Below are positions 56,223 through 64,000 of a DNA stretch of 64,000 bases, piece by piece. This DNA comes from a virus: positions 45,244-109,243 of the IMG/VR virus record IMGVR_UViG_3300048687_000113; one strand, 5' to 3'. The position numbers were made by a program, and so were the translations under genes. The notes under the pieces are model-generated. The model had not been told where the DNA came from, made no database searches, and saw nothing but the letters and a program-made list of their open reading frames with translations. Numbering within the stretch: position 1 is the first letter of the stretch; each line of letters begins with the position of its first letter.

Positions 56223-57454
56223 GCGGCATCGAAGAGGAGGTCATCAACTATGTCGCCCTGACCGGAGACCTGGAGACGGTCGTCGCTCAGGGCGGCATCA
56301 CCGCCGACCACTTCCTCGACCCCGAAACGCGCAAGGTCTTCGCCTCTATCCTCGAATTCCGGGCCGATTTCGGCGAGTCACCCACGCCGGACGTCATCGC
56401 CCGCGACCACCCCAACTTTGCTTTCTCCGAGGAGAGTTCGGGGCCGATCGATTACCTGCTGCGCGAGCTGCACGAACAGCGGCGCCGGACCATCATCGAC
56501 CTGGGCATGGGCGCCGTCGGCGACGCCCTGGACAAGGGCGGCTCCGAGGCCGCCCTGCCCCTGCTGCGCACGATGCTTGCGCAGGCCACCACCGCGACCG
56601 CCAGCTCCCGGGAAATCGACTACGCCAGCACCGGCGCTCAGCGCCTGGACGTCTACCGCCAGGCTCGCGACAACCCCGGCGAGTTGTTGGGAATCCCGAC
56701 CGGATTCCAGTTCCTGGACCAGGTGACGCTCGGTATTCAGCCGCAGCAGATGATCGTCCTCACCGGGCTGGCCAAGTCCTGCAAAACCACCGTCATGTTG
56801 GGGATGACCAGGTCGGCCTACGACTACGGCGCCAAGCCGTTGCTCGTCTCCTTCGAGATGCCGTATCAGGAGATCGCCCGAAGGCTCGATGGATTCCTCG
56901 CTCGGGTCAACCCCCGCAATCTCCAGACCGGACAGCTCTCCGCGAAGGAATGGCGCCAGCTCGAAGAGGCCCTGAACGGGCCGCTGGGTGAGCAGCCCTA
57001 CATCGTCACCGAGGACCGCGCCGGCGCCATGACGATCAGCGGCATCCAGACGAAGATCGACCAGCTTTCCCCGTCCGTCGTCTTCATCGACGGCGCCTAC
57101 TTCCTCTACGACGAGATCAGCCGGGAATCCCAGACGCCGATCGCGATGACGAACATCTCCCGGGGCCTCAAGAAACTCGCCCTGACCAACGACCTGCCGG
57201 TGGTGGTCACCACGCAGTCGCTGTCGCACAAGGTCGGCGCGAAGGGCTTGACCGTGAATTCCCTCGGCTACACGAGTGCGTGGGGCCAGGACGCGGACCT
57301 GGTCGTCGGCATGGAAGCCTGCGACGAGGATCTGTTCTACCGGCTCAAGGTTCTCGCCTCCCGCAACGCGGCGCCCCAGGAACACCTCATCTCCATCTCC
57401 TGGGACCCCCCGATGTTCGAGGAGGCGGAAATTGAAGCCGACCTCCCCTACTGA
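56219..57454 (+). CDS. dnaB: DnaB-like replicative helicase
   Basis: IPTGFQFLD, GLAKSCKTT, SFEMP, VFIDG, ISRGLKKLA...PVVVTTQ, QDAD. Confidence 0.9.
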   Translation: MSGIEEEVINYVALTGDLETVVAQGGITADHFLDPETRKVFASILEFRADFGESPTPDVIARDHPNFAFSEESSGPIDYLLRELHEQRRRTIIDLGMGAVGDALDKGGSEAALPLLRTMLAQATTATASSREIDYASTGAQRLDVYRQARDNPGELLGIPTGFQFLDQVTLGIQPQQMIVLTGLAKSCKTTVMLGMTRSAYDYGAKPLLVSFEMPYQEIARRLDGFLARVNPRNLQTGQLSAKEWRQLEEALNGPLGEQPYIVTEDRAGAMTISGIQTKIDQLSPSVVFIDGAYFLYDEISRESQTPIAMTNISRGLKKLALTNDLPVVVTTQSLSHKVGAKGLTVNSLGYTSAWGQDADLVVGMEACDEDLFYRLKVLASRNAAPQEHLISISWDPPMFEEAEIEADLPY

Positions 57455-58409
57455 CTTCTGGGACGACCTGTCCGCGTACGCCAACCCCGTGCCGGCCGAC
57501 GTCCCCGGCACCCTGCGCGCCCTCGGCATCGACGTACTGCGGGAGTTGAGCAAGGAAGACTCAACGGAGTATCTCGCTCACTGTCCCGCCCACCTCGCGC
57601 TCACCGGCAAACGGGACCGCACGCCGTCGTTCTCGGTCAACGGCACCAGCGGCCTGTTCCACTGCTTCTCCTGCGGGTACGCCGGCCCGTTCGTCCAGCT
57701 CGTGGAGGACGAGCGCGGGTACAGCCGCATCGACGCCTTCCGCTGGATTGCCCGTCGCGGGACGTACCGGACGGCCGAGGCCGGCGCCCCCGCCGCCGCG
57801 CCCGCCGAAAACAGCATCCGCATTAACGAAGCCTCCCTGGCCCTGTTCACGGCCCCGCCCTCCAAGGCGTGCGCACGACGCGGCATCACCCCCCAGGCGT
57901 GCGCCGACTTCGGCGTCCTGTGGAACCCCGAGAAGCGCCGGTGGATTCTCCCCATCCGCGACCCGCACACAGCAGAGCTGTGGGGCTGGCAGGAGAAGGG
58001 CAAGCGGTTCTTCCGCAACTACCCGCCCGGCGTCCACAAGTCGCTCACGCTCTTCGGCGACCTGTCCTGGAGCGGCGACACCGCGCTGCTGCTGGAGTCC
58101 CCCCTGGACGCGGTACGCGCCCACAGCCTGGGGATAACCGGTGCCTTCGCGAGCTTCGGCGCGCACGTCTCCGAGGCGCAGATGCGCCTCCTGAAGGCCC
58201 GCTGCCGCTGCCTCGTCATCGGCCTCGACAACGACACGGCCGGCCACACCGCCCGCGACAAGATCCACAGCCGCTGGAGGCCGCGCGGCCTGGCCATGAA
58301 ATTCCTCGACTACAGCCACACCCCGGCCAAAGACCTGGGCGACATGAGCGACGCCGACGCACTGCGTGCGTACCAGGGCGCGCACCACCCCTGGCGCAGG
58401 AGGCGTTGA
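57432..58409 (+). CDS. DNA primase (CHC2 Zn finger plus TOPRIM)
   Basis: CPAH...D.TPSFSVN...FHCFSCG; LLESPLDA; GLDNDTAG; KDLGDM. Confidence 0.9.
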   Translation: MKPTSPTDFWDDLSAYANPVPADVPGTLRALGIDVLRELSKEDSTEYLAHCPAHLALTGKRDRTPSFSVNGTSGLFHCFSCGYAGPFVQLVEDERGYSRIDAFRWIARRGTYRTAEAGAPAAAPAENSIRINEASLALFTAPPSKACARRGITPQACADFGVLWNPEKRRWILPIRDPHTAELWGWQEKGKRFFRNYPPGVHKSLTLFGDLSWSGDTALLLESPLDAVRAHSLGITGAFASFGAHVSEAQMRLLKARCRCLVIGLDNDTAGHTARDKIHSRWRPRGLAMKFLDYSHTPAKDLGDMSDADALRAYQGAHHPWRRRR

Positions 58410-59995
58410 TGTTCACCGGCACCCTCTTCCCCTACCAGCACGAGGCCGTCGACCGCGTCCTGCTCGACCGCTGTCTCCTCGTCGCGTACTCGATGGGCAC
58501 GGGAAAAACGGTTCTGACTCTCGCGGCGTTGGAGGAGCTGTTCGGCGAGGGTGACATCAGCCGCTGCGTGATCATGGTTCCGTCCAGCCTCAAATGGCAG
58601 TGGGCCCAAGCCGTGGCCGCGTTCACGGACGTCCCCACCCGCACCATCACGCTGCGCGGCGTAGACCTTGTCGTTCCGACCGAGGACATCTGCACCGTCA
58701 TCAACGGCACCCCGAAGAAGCGCCGCAAACAGTGGGAGACGGCGCAGCACGCGGACTACGTACTCGTCTCCTACGGCGCCGTCCTGCACGACTGGAAGCA
58801 GTTGTGCGCGCTGCCCGCCGACGCCCTGGTCCTCGACGAGGCCAGCGCGATCAAGAACTTCGCGGCCCGGACCACCAAGCGCGTCAAGAAACTGCGCCCG
58901 CCCGTGCGCATCGCGCTGACCGGCACACCGGTCGAAAACCGGCCCGAGGAGGCGTTCTCCATCATGGAGTGGGTCGACGCGAAAATCCTCGGGCGCTGGG
59001 ACCTCTTCGAGAAGAGCTACATCAACCGCAACTTCTTTGGCGGGGTGTCCAGTTACAAGAATCTCGGGCTCCTGCACGAAAACCTGTCGCGGGCCATGAT
59101 CCGCAAATCCAGACTTGATCCCGAGGTCGCGAAGTATCTGCCCGAGGTCACCGAGACGACCCGGCACGTGCAGCTCGACACGACGACCCGCTCCATCTAC
59201 AAGGCCATCCTCGCCGACGTCCAGGCGGCGATGGACGAACTGGCCGAGGGCGGCCAGGACTTCGATCTGGCGGCGTACTACGCGGGCATCAAGCAGGACG
59301 GCGCGTTCGGCGCCCAGGGCAAGCTCATGGCCCGCCTCCAGGCCGCCCGCCTCCTGCTCGACCACCCGCAGCTCCTGATGGACTCCGCCGTGGCGTTCCA
59401 CGAGGGCACCGGCGGCTCGCAGTACGCGGCCGACTTCGCCGCCTCGCGCTACGACCTCCCCGACCTGCATGCCGCCCCCAAACTGGGCGCTCTGGACGAC
59501 CTGGTCGCCACGATGCTCGCCGAGCCCGGCGCCAAAGCCGCGATCTTCACCGACTACCGCCGGATGCTGCCCTACCTGGCCGAGCGCCTCGACAAGCACG
59601 GGGACCTGGCGCTGTTCCACGGCCAGCTCAACTCCGACGAGAAGGCCGGCGTCCTCGCCCGCTTCAAGACGGACCCGGAGTGCCGACTGTTCATCTCGAC
59701 AAATGCCGGCGGATACGGGCTCGACCTTCCCGAGGCCCAGTACCTCGTGAATTACGACCTCCCGTACTCGAACGGGGTTCTGTCCCAGCGCAATACCCGC
59801 CACGTTCGCGCCTCATCGACATTCGAGCGTGTTCACGTGACGAACCTGGTCGTCGAGAACACCGTGGAAGAGCGTGTGCAGGCCACTCTCCGCCTGCGCC
59901 AGAAACTGTCGCAGGCCGTGGTCGACGGTCGCGGCGCCGGCGCCCTGGACATGGACGTCGAGTCCCTCGCGGAGCACATCGAAAATGTCATGTGA
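58409..59995 (+). CDS. SNF2-family helicase
   Basis: MGTGKT, LDEA, LTGTPVEN, STNAGGYGLDL, NYDLP. Confidence 0.92.
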   Translation: MFTGTLFPYQHEAVDRVLLDRCLLVAYSMGTGKTVLTLAALEELFGEGDISRCVIMVPSSLKWQWAQAVAAFTDVPTRTITLRGVDLVVPTEDICTVINGTPKKRRKQWETAQHADYVLVSYGAVLHDWKQLCALPADALVLDEASAIKNFAARTTKRVKKLRPPVRIALTGTPVENRPEEAFSIMEWVDAKILGRWDLFEKSYINRNFFGGVSSYKNLGLLHENLSRAMIRKSRLDPEVAKYLPEVTETTRHVQLDTTTRSIYKAILADVQAAMDELAEGGQDFDLAAYYAGIKQDGAFGAQGKLMARLQAARLLLDHPQLLMDSAVAFHEGTGGSQYAADFAASRYDLPDLHAAPKLGALDDLVATMLAEPGAKAAIFTDYRRMLPYLAERLDKHGDLALFHGQLNSDEKAGVLARFKTDPECRLFISTNAGGYGLDLPEAQYLVNYDLPYSNGVLSQRNTRHVRASSTFERVHVTNLVVENTVEERVQATLRLRQKLSQAVVDGRGAGALDMDVESLAEHIENVM

Positions 59996-60099
59996 GGCAC
60001 TCGTTTGGCCGATTGGCCGCAATTTTTCAGACTCGTAGGGTTTTCGGACCGGAGCATTCCGAGTAGCTCCTTCCCGTAAGCACTCCCTGGGAGCAATAC

Positions 60100-60576
60100 G
60101 TGCCCGAAGACAACGTCGACAGCACGGCACCAGAAAGCGAGTCCCGCCCCCTCCCATTCGACCCGGTCATCCCGACCTTCCGGGAATGGGCAATGCTCAA
60201 GGCGCAGCAGACGGAACTCACCACGCGGATGAACAAACTCCGCGACAAGGTCGCAACCGCTGTCGAGGCTCGCGGATACGCCGACCACAAAGGCAGTCAA
60301 TACATTGACCTGCCCTTCCCCATCCCGGTCGGCGACAGCGAGTACGTCCGCATCAAGCGCGAACGCCGCGTCTCCGTCGTCGCCGACCTGGAGGCCGCCG
60401 AACGCATCACCCGCGCACGCGGCGAGAACATCTACCGCCGCGCCTTCCCTCCGGTCCCCACCCTGGACGCCGACGAGCTGTACGTCCTGCTCCAGGAAGG
60501 TCAGCTCACCGAGGCAGACATGGACCAGATCATGGTCCAGAAGGAGACCTTCGCATTCCGGGGCCTGGTGTCGTGA
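60100..60576 (+). CDS. hypothetical coiled-coil protein
   Basis: GGGAG RBS, GTG start. Confidence 0.7.
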   Translation: MPEDNVDSTAPESESRPLPFDPVIPTFREWAMLKAQQTELTTRMNKLRDKVATAVEARGYADHKGSQYIDLPFPIPVGDSEYVRIKRERRVSVVADLEAAERITRARGENIYRRAFPPVPTLDADELYVLLQEGQLTEADMDQIMVQKETFAFRGLVS

Positions 60577-61031
60577 GCGGCATCATCCCGCAGCGCCAGC
60601 CCCTGGACGTCTACCCGGGCACATCCCGCCCGCTCGGCACCGCCCACCCCACACGGGGCTACCCGGGCGGCGAGATCCCGACCTGGGACGACGACCCGGT
60701 CTACAAGAAGATCTCCGGCTTCTACCGCGAATTCTTCGCCATCTCGCACCTGGCCGGCGCGCTCGGCCGCGCCCCGAAAACCATTTACAAGTGGGAGGCC
60801 AACGGCCTTTTCCCCGGGGCGACTTGGATCTACAACTCGGACTCCAAGAACGGCCGCCGGCGCCTCTACACCAGGGCGCAGATCGAAGGCGTGGTGCTCA
60901 TCGCCCACGACGAAGGCGTGCTGTCCGGGACCAGCCGCTTCATCTCGCAGACCAATTTCCCCGAGCGCTGCCGCGAGCTGTTCGTCAAGACACGCGCCGC
61001 ACTTCCCGAACCAATTCAGAACTGGAGCTGA
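60573..61031 (+). CDS. MerR-like HTH DNA-binding protein
   Basis: FAISHLAGALGRAPKTIYKWEANG.FP...RRLYTRAQIE. Confidence 0.8.
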   Translation: MSGIIPQRQPLDVYPGTSRPLGTAHPTRGYPGGEIPTWDDDPVYKKISGFYREFFAISHLAGALGRAPKTIYKWEANGLFPGATWIYNSDSKNGRRRLYTRAQIEGVVLIAHDEGVLSGTSRFISQTNFPERCRELFVKTRAALPEPIQNWS

Positions 61032-61034
61032 CCC

Positions 61035-61754
61035 ATGCCCGAAACCCGTACCTACGGCCGCCGTCGTCGCCAACTCCCCACCACCACCGCCTCCGGTGAC
61101 ACCGCGCCCGCCAAGCGGGAGGCCGTGTCCGGCCGCGTCGTCTCCACGGGTGCCGGCGGAGAGACCCAGATGGCCGGCTGGGACGCCATGGAGAAGGCAG
61201 CCTCGGCCTCCGGCTCCGACATGTACCTCAAGGTCGACGACAAGCCTCAGGTGATCAAGGTCGTCGGGGACGGACCGTTCGACGTCTACAACTCCCACTG
61301 GATCGACGAGATCGAGGACGGCTCCAAGTCGGTGCGCTGCTGGGGCACACCCGACTGCCCGCTGTGCAAGATCGGCGACAAGGCGAAGCGTTTCTCCGCG
61401 TGCTTCGACGTGATCTCCCTGGACGACCCCGACACCCCCGTCATGAAGGTGTGGGAAGCCGGAATCAAGGTGGCCCGCCAGCTCAAGGAGATCGCCACCG
61501 ACGACAAGCGCGGCCCCCTCAATCGCGAGGACATCTACTTCACGATCAAGAAGGAGCAGAAGAAGAAGTCGGTCGAATACACCTTGGAGCGCGTCAAGAG
61601 CCGCGACCTCTACGAGGAGTACGACGTCGAGCCGCTGACCGACGAGACCCTCCAGGCGTTCGCCGACGAAGCCCATCAGTGGGGCGACGTCGTCAAGGAA
61701 AAGCTGGACGACGACGCCATGAGCGAAGTCGTCGACCTGGTCATGGAGAGCTGA
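61035..61754 (+). CDS. gp32-like single-stranded DNA-binding protein
   Basis: SHWI...C...CPLC Zn site, OB-like, acidic C-terminus, precedes the polymerase. Confidence 0.65.
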   Translation: MPETRTYGRRRRQLPTTTASGDTAPAKREAVSGRVVSTGAGGETQMAGWDAMEKAASASGSDMYLKVDDKPQVIKVVGDGPFDVYNSHWIDEIEDGSKSVRCWGTPDCPLCKIGDKAKRFSACFDVISLDDPDTPVMKVWEAGIKVARQLKEIATDDKRGPLNREDIYFTIKKEQKKKSVEYTLERVKSRDLYEEYDVEPLTDETLQAFADEAHQWGDVVKEKLDDDAMSEVVDLVMES

Positions 61755-61831
61755 CCCACTCTCCCGCCGACCGCCCGCCCCGGGTGACGCTCACACCCCG
61801 GGGCGGGCTGCTTTTCGAACCAGGGGCGCTC

Positions 61832-63718
61832 GTGCACCAGCTCGTCACCACCACCGACCAACTCCACGAAGTTGTCGAGTACTTCGAGGCGCGCGACGCC
61901 TTCGCATTCGACGTCGAAACCGTCGGCACCCACCGTGGCGTGCCGGCCGTCAACGAAGTCACCTGGCTGTCCCTGTCCACAGACGGCGCCTGCTCCGTCA
62001 TTCCACTCGGCCACCCCAACGGCTACAACCTTCTGCGGAAGGCCACCTGGCGCAAGAACAAGAGCACCGACGAGCGCGAGGCACTCCCCGCTCTTTTCGA
62101 CGAGCCGCCCAAGCAGCTACGGCCGTCCCAGGTATTCGGCGCGCTGGAGAACCTGTTCTACTCCGACCGCACCAAGGTCGCCCACAACGCCCCTTTCGAC
62201 CTCCTCAGCGTCTCGAAATATTTCCCGGACCGGGACTTCCCGCCCCCGCCCTACGGGGACACCATCGTCGCCGCGTGGCTGCTCAACGAAAACCGGCTCC
62301 TGGGCCTCAAGCCCTTGGACCGCGAGCGGTACAACCTCGACTACGACCACGACAACACCGGCAAGTGCGTCGAGAAATGGCCGTTCGGCCAGGTCCACGA
62401 ATACGCCTGGCTCGACGGGCGCACCACGTGGCTCCAGTGGAAGGACATGCGGCCGAAGCTGACGGCCGAGGGCCTGGACGACGTATGGGCCCTGGAAATG
62501 GATGTCCTGCACTGCCTGCTCCACATGGGCAAGGGCGTCCCGATCGACATCGCCGCCCTCAAGGAACTGCGCACCCGGCTGCGCGGGGAGATGGAGCACG
62601 CCGAGGCCGAGGTCTACCGGGCCGCCGGCAAGGTCTTCAACCTCAACTCCACGCCGCAGAAACAGCAAATCCTCTACACCGAACAGGGCCTGAAGCCGCG
62701 CAAGTTGACGAAGAAGGGCGCGCCCAGCACGGACGCCGAGGCCCTGGAGCCGTACAAGGGCCGCAATGAGGTCGTCAACGCACTCCTCAACTTCCAGGAC
62801 GTCAACAAAATCCTGTCCACCTACGTGGAGGGCTACCTGGGCAACGAGGAGGAGGGAAAGCCCACCCAGATCTTCAACGGCCGCATCTACCCGCTGCTGA
62901 AGCAATTCGGCACGGTCACCGGCCGGTTCAGCTCCTCGAAGCCGAACGTCCAGAACTGGCCCAGGGCTGAAACGGAGTGGGGCAAGGCCATCCGTGACCT
63001 CATCAACCCGCCGCCCGGACACGTCCTCCTGGTCGCCGACTACGGGCAGATCGAGCAGCGCATCCTCGCTCACTACGCCGGCAAGGGCGCACTGTGGCAG
63101 GGCTTCTGGGACGGCGTGGACGCCCACACCGCCACCGCGAGCGCCGTGTTCGGGGTCGCCCCCGAGGACGTCACCAAGCAGATGCGCCAGGTGGCCAAGG
63201 CCATTGCCTTCGCGATCAACTACGGGGCGGGCCCCGGCAAGGTCGCCGACATGTCGCACACCACGCTGCGCCGCGCCAAGCAGATCCTCGCCGAGCACGA
63301 GCGCCAGTTCCCCGAGGTGTACGCCTACAAGCGCAAACTGCTGCGCACCGTGCGCTCGCGGCACCCCGAGCCGTATCTGCGCACCCTGCTGGGCCGCAAG
63401 CGCCGCCTGACCGACCTCCACTCCTACGACAAGGGCCGCCGCGCGAAGGCGGAACGCCAGGTCGTCAACAGTCATATCCAGGGCTCCAGCGCCGACATGA
63501 CGAAGCTCGCCATGGTCCGTCTGCACAAGGGGCTGATGGACGGCATGCAGATCCTGCTCTCCGTCCACGACGAGATCGCCGTCATGTGTCCCGCTGACAT
63601 CGCGGACCAGGGCGCGAAGATCCTGCACAACGCCATGGCCGGCGAGGAAATGCAGCTCCTTTCCGTCCCCGTCACCACGGACGTAAAAATCTGCAATCGC
63701 TGGTCTGAAGCGAAATAA
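61832..63718 (+). CDS. polA: family A DNA polymerase (3'-5' exonuclease plus polymerase; no 5' nuclease)
   Basis: FDVET, HNAPFD, YAWLD; TVTGRFSS..PNVQN, ADYGQIE.R, KAIAFAINYG, VHDE. Confidence 0.95.
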   Translation: MHQLVTTTDQLHEVVEYFEARDAFAFDVETVGTHRGVPAVNEVTWLSLSTDGACSVIPLGHPNGYNLLRKATWRKNKSTDEREALPALFDEPPKQLRPSQVFGALENLFYSDRTKVAHNAPFDLLSVSKYFPDRDFPPPPYGDTIVAAWLLNENRLLGLKPLDRERYNLDYDHDNTGKCVEKWPFGQVHEYAWLDGRTTWLQWKDMRPKLTAEGLDDVWALEMDVLHCLLHMGKGVPIDIAALKELRTRLRGEMEHAEAEVYRAAGKVFNLNSTPQKQQILYTEQGLKPRKLTKKGAPSTDAEALEPYKGRNEVVNALLNFQDVNKILSTYVEGYLGNEEEGKPTQIFNGRIYPLLKQFGTVTGRFSSSKPNVQNWPRAETEWGKAIRDLINPPPGHVLLVADYGQIEQRILAHYAGKGALWQGFWDGVDAHTATASAVFGVAPEDVTKQMRQVAKAIAFAINYGAGPGKVADMSHTTLRRAKQILAEHERQFPEVYAYKRKLLRTVRSRHPEPYLRTLLGRKRRLTDLHSYDKGRRAKAERQVVNSHIQGSSADMTKLAMVRLHKGLMDGMQILLSVHDEIAVMCPADIADQGAKILHNAMAGEEMQLLSVPVTTDVKICNRWSEAK

Positions 63719-64000
63719 TTCCCCGACCTAGGCTGGGAGTATGCCTGATATCGAGTCCACAGCACCCGCCATCTTCCGAGGAATGCTCCGGGACATTGTC
63801 GCGTGCAGCGATTACGACGAAGTGTGCGTGCGGCTCGGACTGGTGCCGGCCGGACCTGACGTAGACGAAGTCGAACACCTCGCGTCACACAACAGGATCG
63901 AACGCTTCATGCCGGTCGCCGATCAGGCTCTCGCGCATGCCGACGTCGCCGCGAATGCCCTGTGCCGGCTGACGCATCTGACAGACGAAGAGGAGGACAT

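Larger units (their letters stand above)
1..64000. mobile_element. Streptomyces-type temperate myovirus (prophage or phage-plasmid); ends not evident in the window
   Basis: Terminase, portal, scaffold, capsid, sheath, tube, baseplate and a phage replication module, plus a tyrosine recombinase and a BRO antirepressor. No host housekeeping block. Streptomyces-typical XRE/DUF397 module. Confidence 0.93.

Noticed and set aside
56764-56790. Atypical DnaB Walker A (GLAKSCKT) as a sign of inactivation
   Set aside because: The catalytic KT and the other motifs are intact, and phage DnaB P-loops vary.
1-64000. cas genes, tRNA/rRNA, IS transposases, endolysin, inteins
   Set aside because: No recognisable motifs in this window; they may lie outside it.

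Overview
High-GC (about 68-70% by eye) actinobacterial, most likely Streptomyces, temperate myovirus: a prophage or phage-plasmid. Layout: (i) 1-1.9 kb, gene-poor and motif-rich; (ii) 2-17 kb, accessory arm of small genes that looks like an anti-defence island, with a Cas-less array of heterogeneous type I-E CRISPR-like repeats and short spacers, a four-hairpin array, Tad1-like and Tad2-like genes, an XRE/DUF397/HATPase module and a dTMP kinase; (iii) a tyrosine recombinase divergent from the terminase; (iv) 19.3-51.7 kb, head and contractile-tail module; (v) 51.9-63.7 kb, replication module (HTH initiator, DnaC-like loader, BRO antirepressor, DnaB, primase, SNF2 helicase, SSB, family A polymerase). 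Main observations: the portal gene is split by an 8-nt insert (GAA TTA GC GAG) with the geometry of a bldA/UUA-dependent ribosomal bypass; the CRISPR-like array lies behind a RecA-NDp-type damage promoter; six covarying leader stem-loops precede structural genes; seven promoters share ATTAnn-N20-YAnnnT; a TGCGTACGCA tandem operator occurs three times; and the tail chaperone probably uses a +1 frameshift. All protein calls come from motif recognition by eye. No database search was run.
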